Positions 1-9,364 of a stretch of 44,584 bases of DNA are shown here, in pieces. The translations under genes were made by a program, and so were the position numbers. Under the pieces are notes generated by a model. That model did no database searches. It worked only from the letters and a program-made list of their open reading frames with translations, and was not told the DNA's origin. The DNA lies in the IMG/VR virus record IMGVR_UViG_2529292883_000001, positions 1 through 44,584 of that record; one strand, given 5' to 3'. The DNA comes from a virus (taxonomy: Duplodnaviria > Heunggongvirae > Uroviricota > Caudoviricetes). Position 1 is the first letter of the stretch; the number at the start of each line of letters is the position of its first letter.

Positions 1-1452
1 ATCATCACAGATTTCAATAACATCGCCCGGTACATGGCGAAGCCCTTCAGCACCCACGCTGAAATCCACGGTCTGCGTCTCCAGCAGTTCCGTTTTAATC
101 AGCCACAGCCCGGCGCGGTGTGCCTGCCCCCGGCTGGTACAGCCAAAGGCATCCATCTTCGTGACATTACGACCGTAACGGGCAATGGCCTGCGTATCTT
201 CAACAAGCTCTGTCGCCGTCTCCCAGCCGTTGTTCGGGTCAATCCAGTTCACCTCAACGGCATTATGGCGGTCCTTCAGGGCGCTGAAGCTGTAGCGGAA
301 CGGCGCGCCATCATCCGGCATCACCACATTACTGCGGTTATAGGTCCACACCTTATCTGATGGTCGGTCCTGCACGAACGTCAGCGTCTGCCCGTTCCAT
401 ACCGGCATACAGCGCATCGCCGAGCAGAAATCACTGAGCACATCCCACGCCTTACGCTGCGTGGTCAGGTAGGCATTACAGGTGATGCGCGGCTCCGTGC
501 CGCCAAAACCGTCCGGCACTGACTGGTCGCAGTACTGGCCGATGACATACAGCGCCCATTTGTCCACATCCGCCGCACCAAGACGTTTCCCCATGCCGTA
601 GCGCGGGTGGGTCAGCATATCCCACAGACACCAGGCCGGGTTGTTGCTGTATGCCGGCTTAAACGTTCCGTCCCAGATACCGCTGTATTGCCGCGTCTGC
701 GGGTTATAATTCGACGGCACCTGCAGAATACGCCCGCGCAGATGATAATTACGGCTCACCTGCTGGCTGCCGAACTGCTCCGAGTCCACCTGCACGCCGA
801 CCAGTGCCGTGTTCGGGTAGCACTGTTTCACATCGATAATTTCGGTGTATGACGACCAGAGCGTTTTGTTCTGCAGCTGGTCTGTGGTGCTGTCCGGCGT
901 CATCCTGCGCATCCGGATACTGAACGGGCGCGGCGGCAGGTTATCCACCACCACCGAGGCCAGATACTGCGAGGTGGTTTTGCCCTTAATGGTGATGTCT
1001 TTTTCCGTCACCCAGCCACCGTTACGCTGTATCTGAACCAGCAGGCGAACTTCCGACGGATTCCGGTCCCCCTTTGAGGTGGTTTCCACCAGTGCCTGCA
1101 CACCGAAGGTAAAGCGCAGACGGTCGATGTTTGCCGACGTGATGGTCCGGGTAATCGGCGTGTCGTACTTCACTTCCGTACCCAACACCGTCTCGGAGCC
1201 GGAGGATTCAAATCCCTCCGGCGGTGTCTGCTCCTGCTCACCGGCCCGGAACACCACCGTGACACCGGATATGTTGGTATTCCCCTCAGTGTCCAGCACC
1301 GGCGTACTGTTCAGCAGCACGCTTTTTAAGCCATCCACCGGACCTTCAACCGGCCCTTCGCTGATGGCATCGATCACACTCAGCAACTGCGTGGACTTCA
1401 GGTTGTCCTTCGCTTCGCGCGGGGTATGCCCCTTACTGCTGCCTTTACCCAT
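1..1452 (-). CDS. J: Tail tip / host-specificity protein J, N-terminal ~484 codons (gene runs off the window start)
   Basis: Reverse translation from ATG at 1452..1450 gives MGKGSSKGHTPREAKDNLKSTQLLSVIDAISEGP..., recognised as lambda gpJ N-terminus; GAGGA RBS just upstream; no stop before window edge so absent from ORF track. Confidence 0.9.
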   Translation of the reverse strand, partial: MGKGSSKGHTPREAKDNLKSTQLLSVIDAISEGPVEGPVDGLKSVLLNSTPVLDTEGNTNISGVTVVFRAGEQEQTPPEGFESSGSETVLGTEVKYDTPITRTITSANIDRLRFTFGVQALVETTSKGDRNPSEVRLLVQIQRNGGWVTEKDITIKGKTTSQYLASVVVDNLPPRPFSIRMRRMTPDSTTDQLQNKTLWSSYTEIIDVKQCYPNTALVGVQVDSEQFGSQQVSRNYHLRGRILQVPSNYNPQTRQYSGIWDGTFKPAYSNNPAWCLWDMLTHPRYGMGKRLGAADVDKWALYVIGQYCDQSVPDGFGGTEPRITCNAYLTTQRKAWDVLSDFCSAMRCMPVWNGQTLTFVQDRPSDKVWTYNRSNVVMPDDGAPFRYSFSALKDRHNAVEVNWIDPNNGWETATELVEDTQAIARYGRNVTKMDAFGCTSRGQAHRAGLWLIKTELLETQTVDFSVGAEGLRHVPGDVIEICDD

Positions 1453-1471
1453 TCCTCACGCTCCATAAACG

Positions 1472-1497
1472 ACAAAACCGCCCGCAGGCGGTTTCAC
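1472..1497 (-). terminator. A-run / GC hairpin (CCGCC-4nt-GGCGG) / U-run element between I and J
   Basis: Minus strand reads CCGCCtgcgGGCGG followed by TTTTGTCGTTT; A-run on the other side. Confidence 0.35.
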
Positions 1498-1511
1498 ATA
1501 AACATTTTGCA

Positions 1512-2159
1512 TCAGCGACCAATCACCACAACCTGACCACCGTCCCCTTCGTCTGCCGTGCTGATCTCCTGAGAAACCACACGTGACCCCACGCGCATTT
1601 CACCGTACAGAACGGGCAGAACATTGCCCTGGGCAACCATGTTATCCAGTGAGGAGAAATAGGTGTTTTGTTTGCCGTTATCTGTACTTGCTGCCGTGGG
1701 CGTCCTGGCTTTCGGTGCCAGCATCTGCGCCACTCCGCCCAGGATCATACTGGCCCCTGCCGCATACATGCCCGATACAGCCGCGGCACCCAGCCAGCCC
1801 ACAGGGCTCCACCATGCCACCGCAATCAGCGCCGCACCCAGCACTGCCTGAAAAACACCGCCACTTTTAGCTCCCGCCAGACGCGGCACAATGTGGATCA
1901 CGGCACCATTTGCCAGCGGCTCATTAAGACGGGCAGATAATTCATTTTCGCCTGCATCACGCCCGGCAATGCGCACCTGATACCAGCCCTCATTCAGTTT
2001 CTGGCGAAACGACGGAAGCTGCGTAGCCAGCGCCCGGATGGCTTCGGCCCCCGTTTTCACACGAAGGTCGATGCGGCGGCCAAATCGTTGTAAATCCCCG
2101 TAAAGGCAGATGCGTGCCATGCCCGGTGACGCCAGAGGGAGTGTGTGCGTCGCTGCCAT
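1512..2159 (-). CDS. I: Tail assembly protein I
   Basis: 215-aa ORF MAATHTLPLASPGMARICLYGDLQRF... ending ...GDGGQVVVIGR, recognised as lambda gpI. Confidence 0.9.
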   Translation of the reverse strand: MAATHTLPLASPGMARICLYGDLQRFGRRIDLRVKTGAEAIRALATQLPSFRQKLNEGWYQVRIAGRDAGENELSARLNEPLANGAVIHIVPRLAGAKSGGVFQAVLGAALIAVAWWSPVGWLGAAAVSGMYAAGASMILGGVAQMLAPKARTPTAASTDNGKQNTYFSSLDNMVAQGNVLPVLYGEMRVGSRVVSQEISTADEGDGGQVVVIGR

Positions 2160-2800
2160 TTGTCGGTATACCTCTCTCGTTTGCTCAGTTGTTCAGGAAT
2201 ATGGTGCAACAGCTCGCCGTCGCCGCAGTAAATGGCGGCATGATTCGGCACCGATGAACCAAAACAGCACAGCAGCACATCGCCCGGCTGCGCCTCTGTC
2301 AGTGCGACACGGTAAAAACCAGTCGCCTCCATATTGTCAAGATAGAGATTCTGGCCGTTACGCCACCAGTCATCCCCGCGATAAAAATCCGGCATCTCAA
2401 TTTCCGCCAGATGGTATGCATCCCGGAACAGCGTGTAACAGTCCGTCACCCCGTGCTCAAAGCGCCGCCCGGTAAGATGTGGCACACAGCGGAACTTGTG
2501 AATCGCCCCCCGGCAGACCAGCCACCACGGCAAATCACTCTGCACCTGCAGCCGCCTGTCGACCTCACTCAGCCAGGGCAGACCACCGGGGTGGCTGTGG
2601 ACCAGTGCCACAACCTCCCCCTGCATTTGTGCACGCAGCCAGTCCTCCGGCGACATCCGGAAATACGCCTCCGGCTCACCGGAGATATTCACGCAGGGAA
2701 AATATCTGTCCCCCTCCGGCGTTCTCACCACGAAGCCGCACGACTCCGCTGGCGCACATCGCCGGGCGTGCGCCAGAATCGCTGATTCTGTCTCTGTCAT
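2057..2800 (-). CDS. K: Tail assembly protein K (MPN/JAB plus NlpC/P60-type)
   Basis: ORF 2057..2875 trimmed to internal ATG at 2800 (MTETESAILAHARRCAPAESCGFV...), which abuts the L stop; HSHP motif; lambda gpK-like. Confidence 0.85.
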   Translation of the reverse strand: MTETESAILAHARRCAPAESCGFVVRTPEGDRYFPCVNISGEPEAYFRMSPEDWLRAQMQGEVVALVHSHPGGLPWLSEVDRRLQVQSDLPWWLVCRGAIHKFRCVPHLTGRRFEHGVTDCYTLFRDAYHLAEIEMPDFYRGDDWWRNGQNLYLDNMEATGFYRVALTEAQPGDVLLCCFGSSVPNHAAIYCGDGELLHHIPEQLSKRERYTDKWQRRTHSLWRHRAWHASAFTGIYNDLAAASTFV

Positions 2801-2804
2801 GGGT

Positions 2805-3503
2805 TTACTGCGAAAGTTTGTTAATGGAAAGGTAGCCGCCAAAATTGCCGACGTTATTGCGGAACTTGCAACCACTCAGGCATTTGCTGCATTTATCCTT
2901 CGTGATATCGGACGTTGGCTGGTCATATTCATCCGCGACCGCCGGGCCATCATAACCGCACTCATCGCCGCGGTAGATCCAGGTGCAGGTGTTGGCCAGC
3001 ATGATGCGCCCCGGAAAAACAGCACCATCCGTTTCCGTCGGTGTGGACAGCACAAAAGAGGCACTGACCGCGCTCAGTTCGCTGCACTGTTCGATGCGCC
3101 AGCGGCTGATCACCTCCTGCTCCGGATCGGCGTCACTGTTTCCGTTGACGAAGTTCACCGCATCCAGAAAACGGGCGTAAACCTTACGCCGGACCACCGT
3201 TCCGCCGACCAGACTCTGCAGATCTTCCGCCATCCCGGTGACCATGCCGTACAGATTAGAGACTTTAAGCGTTGGCCTTGCACTGGCCCCTTTGCCGTTC
3301 ATCTCAAAGCCGCTTCCCTGAATGGGATAAGCCTGATACTGCCGCCCCTGCCAGGTGACTGGTTCACCTTTTTCGTTCTGCTCATTACAGAAGAAATAAC
3401 GATCTCCGCCGACCTCTGTCAGATCAATTTCCCAGAGCACGACCAGCGCGGATTGCTCCGTTTTAGTGCACTCATTGAGTGTTTCCTGCTGTATATCCTG
3501 CAT
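2805..3503 (-). CDS. L: Minor tail protein L
   Basis: 232-aa ORF MQDIQQETLNECTKTEQSALVVLWEIDLTEVGGDRYFFCNE..., lambda gpL-like. Confidence 0.9.
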   Translation of the reverse strand: MQDIQQETLNECTKTEQSALVVLWEIDLTEVGGDRYFFCNEQNEKGEPVTWQGRQYQAYPIQGSGFEMNGKGASARPTLKVSNLYGMVTGMAEDLQSLVGGTVVRRKVYARFLDAVNFVNGNSDADPEQEVISRWRIEQCSELSAVSASFVLSTPTETDGAVFPGRIMLANTCTWIYRGDECGYDGPAVADEYDQPTSDITKDKCSKCLSGCKFRNNVGNFGGYLSINKLSQ

Positions 3504-3802
3504 CAGTGAGTGACCTCTTCAAAGGTACAGTTAAAATCGGTATACATGGTATTATCCGAAATGCTCCACTCCCTGCAGACAACCCGGACAGTCCTGTTGT
3601 GTTTTGGCGGACGCCACAAAAAAGCACGAATCCCGGCATGACGGGATAAAAAACTGTCCAGCGCGGCACGGGAATATTCATCCGTGACACGAAATACCGG
3701 TTTAAACGTTTTCAGATCTGCATTCAGACCACCAGCCCGTCGCTGTTCATATCCGTCACCGAACTTTACCGTAATAACAGATGGCTTTCGTGTCGTCTCC
3801 AT
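3503..3802 (-). CDS. M: Minor tail protein M
   Basis: ORF 3503..3889 trimmed to internal METTRKPSVITVKFGDGYEQR..., matching lambda gpM motif FGDGY.QR and its position between H and L. Confidence 0.8.
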   Translation of the reverse strand: METTRKPSVITVKFGDGYEQRRAGGLNADLKTFKPVFRVTDEYSRAALDSFLSRHAGIRAFLWRPPKHNRTVRVVCREWSISDNTMYTDFNCTFEEVTH

Positions 3803-3836
3803 CCCCTCGCGGGGGATCCAGTTAAAAACTTCAGAC

Positions 3837-6800
3837 TCAGGCACTGCATAATCCTCCGTCCCGACGTGATGACTGCATAATTGACACAACCCTGCTGTCG
3901 ATCAGATCCACCAGCCCCCTGGCTGACTGCGTATCTATCTCGCCATTGCTCCCTTTATTCTGAATACTGATGTGATACACGGGAGAATAAACAAATCCAC
4001 CGCCACCATTCACATTGCCAATGGCTCTGACTCCAAGAGAGCCGTCCGCTGCCCGAGTCAGTGGCATGATAGCTTCAGGCCCGGCCTCGCCCATCAGCCC
4101 GGCACCTTTCGCAAAAGCAAAATACGTCGGTGTATCCACAATGGTGTTACTGTAAGCACTCAGATTTGCCGATGTATAAACACCACCTTTTGCGTTTGCC
4201 ACTGCACCGGACAGCCAGTCGCCGACTGTACCAAGCCATCCTCCGGCACCGGACATGCTTTTGGAAAGTGACTTCAGCCCGTTAACGATGGCAGCGTTCA
4301 TCAGAATTTTTGAAACTTCCTGGAGAATTGAACTCCCCCAGTTTCTCCAGTCCACAACATTTCCGGCCAGTGCATCGGAAATATTTGATACCAGCCCGTC
4401 CATAGTGGAAACGACAGCATCTGCCGCCTGCGAAGCATAATCAGTGGCACTGTCTGCCCAGTTCGTCAGCCCCTCCTGGAGTCCGGCATTCCAGTTACTG
4501 CGTAAAGCATCAGCCTTTGCATAATAATCCTGCTGATCGCTGAGACGCTCTTCCAGATATTTTTTATTCAGTTCTTTCTCCTGTTTCCACAGGGCTTCTT
4601 CAATTTCTCCGGCCTGATACTGTCTCAGCAGCTCGTTATTTTTCTGCTCAAACGCCTGCCGGATACTCCACATTTCCTGGAGTCGTTCACGCATCCGTGA
4701 GCCTTCACCATATCCCAGCAACTGCGCTTCGTCAGATGCCCGGGCACTGGTATTACTGTCCGCCAGACTGCTCTCATACGCGGCAAGCTGCTCACGAATC
4801 TTTTTCTGGTCGATGAGTGCTGCATTCTGCAAAAGCGTTTTTTTCTGCGCTTCTGACAGGGTTGATAATTCGCCCTGACTGACCTGATATTTCATCTTAG
4901 CCAGTTCAGTATTCTGACCTGCCAGTGCTATTTGTTCTTTTTGCTGTTTAATCAGCCGTTTATAAATATCTTCTGTTTTTTCCGCTTCGGTCTTTTTATG
5001 CGCTTTGGGTTTATTTGCCTGGTTATTTCGCCAGGCATCCAGTGAGTTATTGATATAATTCTGTCTGGCTGTCTGATACGCCTCTCCCACAAAGCCGAGA
5101 TCATCCGCAGCATAACCCAGTCGGGCACGCTCACGGGCTTCCCCCTTCAGGCGGGACAGAGCCAGTTCGCGCTCGCTGTTATTCAGTGCGGTCTGCTGTT
5201 TATCATCCAGGGTGGCCTGTGGCAGCCGTAACGGTACATTCACCAGCCCCTGTCGCTGCTGAAGTAATTCATTACCAAGCCCGAGAAGGCGATTAAACTC
5301 GGTATGCTGCCCATTCATGATCAACAGGGACTGATACGCTTTGTTTTGTTCCGCGGCCTGTTGACGGATCAACGCCACCCGTCGCTCCTCCAGCCCGGCA
5401 AGCACATCCTGAATGGATTGCGCTTTGCCCTGCATTTGTGTGAGACGGGACTGTTCAACTGCCAGTTGATTTGTTGCTTCTGCAAGCCCTTCTGTGACAG
5501 TTTTTACCGACGTCATGTGGTTAATCATAAAACCGTTATCGGTTGTCCAGCCCGGGTTTGCCAGCACATACTGATAGCCAGCAATTTTTTCCTGTAAGGA
5601 TTTAATCTTACTTTTCTGCTCGTCAATTAACCTGTTTTGCTCATCAAGTGCCTGCCGCGTCTTTTCCTCATTATCTGACGCTTCAGGAAGCGACATTGCC
5701 GACGTTTTCTGGCGAATTTCGTCGATTGTTGCGGCATACTGGCGTGCAGATTCTCTGGCCTGCTCCTGATTCTGATACATCGTGTACCAGGCCGTCGCCC
5801 CCAGCATGACGAGTCCCGGCACACCACCAACCAACCCCAGCGCACCACTTAACAGACGACTCCCCACTGACGTGACAGTATTCAGCGTTGTCTGTGCCGC
5901 TGTTCTGGCCGCAATATTACGGGTAAGTGACGCTTGGGCAGCTGTCAGCTTCGCTTCTGCTGCGGCCTGCCTTTCGGTACCGCGAGCAGCAACAACCGCC
6001 TGTTGCGCACGATAAACCGCCCCACGCGCCCTGGCGGTTGCTATCTGTGTCCCCCGAAGTTGCGCTTCAGCAAGAGCCACTTCGTTTCTGGCTGCAGTAA
6101 TTAATCCGGCAGTTGCAGATCCAGCAGACGACGCCATATTGCCAAAATATCGGGCTACCCCGACGGCAACCAGTGCGCCAGCTGCAGCAGCCACGGTATC
6201 AATATTGTCTGCAACACCATTCAACACCCCGGTGAGTGTCTTTGTCACTCCGCTTGCCTCGTTCGCACCACCAACCCAGGCCATAAAGGCGTTTTCAACT
6301 TTGGTTGCAGAGGATGAAACAGTATCAGGCATTGCTGCATATTCATCACGCAACGCCCCAAGCTGACTAATCAGTGCAGGAACAACCTTATCGGCGGTCA
6401 GTTTTCCGTTATCCGCCATGGCCTTCAGATCCTTACGGGCAACACCCATTCCCGCAGCCAGCGCACGAATAACACGATCGCCGTTCTCATTCACAGAGTT
6501 AAATTCTTCACCGCGCAGCACTCCCTGCGCCAGTGCCTGACTGAACTGCGTGATCACCGAACTGGCTTCTGCTGTACTGGCACCGGATAATTTCAGGCCC
6601 GTGGAGATCGCCTCGGTGACTTTCAGTACCTCCTCAGAACTGTAGCCATACTCCCGCATGGAAGCTGCAGAGCGGGCAAAAAGGCTGGCGTTATCAGAAA
6701 ACGCCGTTCCCGTTCTCTGGCTGATTGCCATTAATTCACGTTGTGATACCTGAAAATCATCACTGGACTGTGAAGCCTGCTTCAGACGGGCATTTACTGA

Positions 6801-7082
6801 ATTCCACTCATCGGCGAGAGAAATAAGATGACCGGTAGCAAAAGCTCCGGCAAATGCCCCCGCCATATTCAGTGCCGAAGATTTAGCTGTATTTATCTGA
6901 TCCGTCACTTCTGCCAGTGCACGCCGCATTTCACGGGATGCAGCAGCGGACTGCCGGCCTCCGTTCTGCATGGTACGGTAGTAATCCTGCCCCATACGCG
7001 AAGCCCGGGAGATCTCTGACTGGAATGACCGGGAATTTGCCGAGATTTTAATAATCAGTTCACGTAATGTCGCCACACTCAT
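3837..7082 (-). CDS. H: Tail tape-measure protein
   Basis: 1081-aa ORF, Ala/Gln-rich coiled-coil-like composition, sits between G/T and M as in lambda. Confidence 0.9.
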   Translation of the reverse strand: MSVATLRELIIKISANSRSFQSEISRASRMGQDYYRTMQNGGRQSAAASREMRRALAEVTDQINTAKSSALNMAGAFAGAFATGHLISLADEWNSVNARLKQASQSSDDFQVSQRELMAISQRTGTAFSDNASLFARSAASMREYGYSSEEVLKVTEAISTGLKLSGASTAEASSVITQFSQALAQGVLRGEEFNSVNENGDRVIRALAAGMGVARKDLKAMADNGKLTADKVVPALISQLGALRDEYAAMPDTVSSSATKVENAFMAWVGGANEASGVTKTLTGVLNGVADNIDTVAAAAGALVAVGVARYFGNMASSAGSATAGLITAARNEVALAEAQLRGTQIATARARGAVYRAQQAVVAARGTERQAAAEAKLTAAQASLTRNIAARTAAQTTLNTVTSVGSRLLSGALGLVGGVPGLVMLGATAWYTMYQNQEQARESARQYAATIDEIRQKTSAMSLPEASDNEEKTRQALDEQNRLIDEQKSKIKSLQEKIAGYQYVLANPGWTTDNGFMINHMTSVKTVTEGLAEATNQLAVEQSRLTQMQGKAQSIQDVLAGLEERRVALIRQQAAEQNKAYQSLLIMNGQHTEFNRLLGLGNELLQQRQGLVNVPLRLPQATLDDKQQTALNNSERELALSRLKGEARERARLGYAADDLGFVGEAYQTARQNYINNSLDAWRNNQANKPKAHKKTEAEKTEDIYKRLIKQQKEQIALAGQNTELAKMKYQVSQGELSTLSEAQKKTLLQNAALIDQKKIREQLAAYESSLADSNTSARASDEAQLLGYGEGSRMRERLQEMWSIRQAFEQKNNELLRQYQAGEIEEALWKQEKELNKKYLEERLSDQQDYYAKADALRSNWNAGLQEGLTNWADSATDYASQAADAVVSTMDGLVSNISDALAGNVVDWRNWGSSILQEVSKILMNAAIVNGLKSLSKSMSGAGGWLGTVGDWLSGAVANAKGGVYTSANLSAYSNTIVDTPTYFAFAKGAGLMGEAGPEAIMPLTRAADGSLGVRAIGNVNGGGGFVYSPVYHISIQNKGSNGEIDTQSARGLVDLIDSRVVSIMQSSRRDGGLCSA

Positions 7083-7092
7083 TCTCCGGACG

Positions 7093-7113
7093 AAAAAAAC
7101 CGCCGAAGCGGTT
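7093..7113 (-). terminator. A-run / hairpin (CCGC-TTCG-GCGG) / U7 element between T and H
   Basis: Minus strand AACCGCTTCGGCGGTTTTTTT directly upstream of the H start codon. Confidence 0.35.
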
Positions 7114-7121
7114 ATGTTGAC

Positions 7122-7433
7122 TCACTGAGACACTATTAAAAGCGCGTTTTCCAGTCCGGCAAATGGATCTGAGACGCCTTCTGTCTGCTCTTGTTCCCAC
7201 TGAAGAAGCGCATCATTCAGTGGGACTTTGACACCCTGCGCACCGTAAACCGCAGAAACTATCTGGGCAGCCCGGATATCAGCCCGCTCGTCACCCAGCG
7301 GGCTGAACCTGTCAAATTCTGCCCACATCATGATTTCTGATGCGGACATTTCCCGGCGTAACTCTGACAATGTGCGCCCCATCCTGAGCGCCAGCATCAT
7401 CAGAAAACGCATCCCCGGAAGCGCTACTTTTTT
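7122..7433 (-). CDS. T: Tail assembly chaperone G-T, -1 frame extension (T segment)
   Basis: ORF 7122..7412 lies in the -1 frame relative to G; the -1 frame is open from the slip site (reads KKVALPGMRFLMM...); conserved lambdoid G-T arrangement. Confidence 0.7.
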   Translation of the reverse strand, partial: KKVALPGMRFLMMLALRMGRTLSELRREMSASEIMMWAEFDRFSPLGDERADIRAAQIVSAVYGAQGVKVPLNDALLQWEQEQTEGVSDPFAGLENALLIVSQ

Positions 7434-7810
7434 TTAACCTCGCCGGCATCACTGATCAGTTCCAGAGACTGCCGAAGAAGCCGCGCATGCACCGGGCCAT
7501 ACACGGCAATCACCTGTTCACGATCATCCTCTGAAAATACAGGTTGCAGTCCGGTATCACACAGAACATCAATGAACAGTTCAACATCTGCCTCCAGATT
7601 TCGGCGGGCGCGCTCCGCAACGGATAACGGTGTCTCATCATCTTTTGCTTTAACGATCTCCTGCCAGCGCAACCAGGCTTCTGCAGAAGGTTCCCGTAAT
7701 ACAACCGTTGCCCCTTCCCATTCAGGCACATCAACAGTTTTATGGCGAAACCCCGACATCGTTGCCAGTGCCAGATTGCGGATATTTTTAGTCATCACAT
7801 CTATCCTCAT
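7424..7810 (-). CDS. G: Tail assembly chaperone G
   Basis: 128-aa ORF between V and T/H, acidic, ends ...GEVKKK at the slippery run; position-based call. Confidence 0.7.
   Translation of the reverse strand: MRIDVMTKNIRNLALATMSGFRHKTVDVPEWEGATVVLREPSAEAWLRWQEIVKAKDDETPLSVAERARRNLEADVELFIDVLCDTGLQPVFSEDDREQVIAVYGPVHARLLRQSLELISDAGEVKKK
7427..7435 (-). other. Programmed -1 ribosomal frameshift slippery site (A AAA AAG) at the end of G
   Basis: G ends GTT AAA AAA AAG TAG on the minus strand; run of 8 A immediately before the stop. Confidence 0.6.
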
Positions 7811-8514
7811 TAACTGACGGTAACAGTGCAGGAAGTGGAGGTCACCTTGTTAACAGGGCTTGCTGAATCAGAAATCTCGCAGGTATACGCACCGGCATCA
7901 CCGGATGCTGCTGATGCCTTACTGAACGTTGCCGCCGTCTGTCCGGAAACAGGAGAACTACCTTTCTTCCAGACATAAGAATAAGGCGGCACACCACCGG
8001 CAGCCTCAACCACCATTTCGAGTTTCGCTCCGGCAGAAACCTGCAGCGTGCTGTTTAAATCGACCTTCACTTTCAGCGGCTCTGTCGTCAGCACAGGTTT
8101 ACCTTTCAGGCGCAGGGAAAACGTTGCAGCCACAACACCATTAGTTCCTGCAGACCAGGTATGCTGACGCACCTCTGCCATAAAGGTAAATCCGTTGCCT
8201 GACGGAAAAATAACTTTAAAGCCATACGTGGTGTCATTGTCATAGGCACTGCGCAACGCGTTCTGGGCAGCATTGAGGTAAAAGTTGCCTGACATGGAAA
8301 TCTCTGACGCGGCACCAAGGCCGTTAATATTTTCCTGCTCAACAGAACACAGCGTGGTGACATCAATATCCTGCTTTTGTCCTGCGGTAAACTGCACCTC
8401 TTTGATTGTACAGCTCAGGCCAAGATAGCTGGCAGAATCCAGGGTTTCTGCTGTTACCGGTGCAGACGAAATCATAATTTTCGTCAGTTGCGAACGCTCA
8501 AAATTAGAGGACAT
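7810..8514 (-). CDS. V: Major tail protein V with C-terminal Ig-like domain
   Basis: ORF 7810..8565 trimmed to ATG at 8514 (MSSNFERSQL...) preceded by AGGAG; C-terminal Ig-like segment ...GGVPPYSYVWKKGSSPVSG...YTCEISD... Confidence 0.8.
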   Translation of the reverse strand: MSSNFERSQLTKIMISSAPVTAETLDSASYLGLSCTIKEVQFTAGQKQDIDVTTLCSVEQENINGLGAASEISMSGNFYLNAAQNALRSAYDNDTTYGFKVIFPSGNGFTFMAEVRQHTWSAGTNGVVAATFSLRLKGKPVLTTEPLKVKVDLNSTLQVSAGAKLEMVVEAAGGVPPYSYVWKKGSSPVSGQTAATFSKASAASGDAGAYTCEISDSASPVNKVTSTSCTVTVS

Positions 8515-8526
8515 ACTCGTCTCCTG

Positions 8527-8552
8527 AAAATAAAAAACCCGCCAGCGGCGGG
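8527..8552 (-). terminator. A-run / hairpin (CCCGCC-GCT-GGCGGG) / U-run element just upstream of V
   Basis: Minus strand CCCGCCGCTGGCGGG followed by TTTTTTATTTTC, between the 8574 gene stop and the V RBS. Confidence 0.35.
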
Positions 8553-8573
8553 TGGGTAAAATCATTAACGACC

Positions 8574-8918
8574 TCAGGCTATTACCTGAAATTCAAGCGT
8601 GGCTCTGCTCAGACGGGAATCAGGATCATAACCCTGAGTTTTAGAAATAACGGAGGGTGCAAGTTGCCTTACCGCATCAAGCGCCTGCTCACGGATATCA
8701 TCTGCGTCATCAGGTACTGTTGCCCAGACATCGATCTGCACGGTAATTCTGGATTCAGCCTGACCATCAAGCACATCAGACGCAGTGTCAGACACCACAG
8801 AAAATACCAGCCATGGCGGAGATACCGCAGGCTTTCCCTCCGTCAGCGGGACCACATAAGGATAAACCTGTTCTCCGGCCAGTTGAGACAGCAGGGAATA
8901 CAGTGTGGTCTCTCTCAT
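8574..8918 (-). CDS. Tail completion / tail terminator-position protein
   Basis: 114-aa ORF immediately upstream of V; assigned by position, no confident family. Confidence 0.45.
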   Translation of the reverse strand: MRETTLYSLLSQLAGEQVYPYVVPLTEGKPAVSPPWLVFSVVSDTASDVLDGQAESRITVQIDVWATVPDDADDIREQALDAVRQLAPSVISKTQGYDPDSRLSRATLEFQVIA

Positions 8919-9364
8919 TTACTTAAGACCTCATCAATAGCCTGATTCATTCGCTGTATGGCAATCTGTGCTGCCAGTTCCTCTGTCGTATCGAAAGCCG
9001 GGCGAATGAACGGATGCGCGGGCATGTTTATCGTTCCCAGCTCCACAAAGCGCCAGTAAAACGCATTTCGGGGATCACTGGCTTTCATGCTGTTATCACT
9101 GTTTCCGGTTCGCAGGTTCCGTCCACGAATGTGGACACCCGAGATAATTTCCCCCCGACGCTTTGAACGCTGAGTGAGAACAACCACATTTTTCTTCAGT
9201 TTCCCGGTTCGCTCCGGCGCACGTTCAACAACTGCATCCCGCATAACTTCAGCACCGGCACGGGTGGCATCGCGCAGTACCTTATTGTTTTCTGCCCTGC
9301 TGAGCGTCTCCAGATCCCGTGCAATATCCGCCAGACCTGAAAAATCAAGACTGAAATCCATCAC
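8915..9364 (-). CDS. HK97 gp10-family tail component protein
   Basis: 149-aa ORF MMDFSLDFSGLADIARDLETLSR...; position and composition typical of the HK97 gp10 family. Confidence 0.55.
   Translation of the reverse strand: MMDFSLDFSGLADIARDLETLSRAENNKVLRDATRAGAEVMRDAVVERAPERTGKLKKNVVVLTQRSKRRGEIISGVHIRGRNLRTGNSDNSMKASDPRNAFYWRFVELGTINMPAHPFIRPAFDTTEELAAQIAIQRMNQAIDEVLSK

Noticed and set aside
34-1468. Plus-strand ORFs 34..360, 607..852, 845..1036, 1079..1468
   Set aside because: They are antisense to the J coding sequence, which reads as lambda gpJ on the minus strand; compositions are Arg/Pro/Ser-rich and not protein-like
2110-3180. Plus-strand ORFs 2110..2475, 2411..2785, 2479..2835, 2799..3509 and minus ORF 2876..3064
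   Set aside because: Antisense or out of frame relative to the gpK and gpL genes; no RBS support
3972-7019. Short ORFs on both strands inside the tape-measure gene (3972..4271, 4625..4825, 5304..5597, 6139..6366 and others)
   Set aside because: Nested within or antisense to the 1081-aa tape-measure ORF; typical spurious frames in a GC-rich repetitive gene
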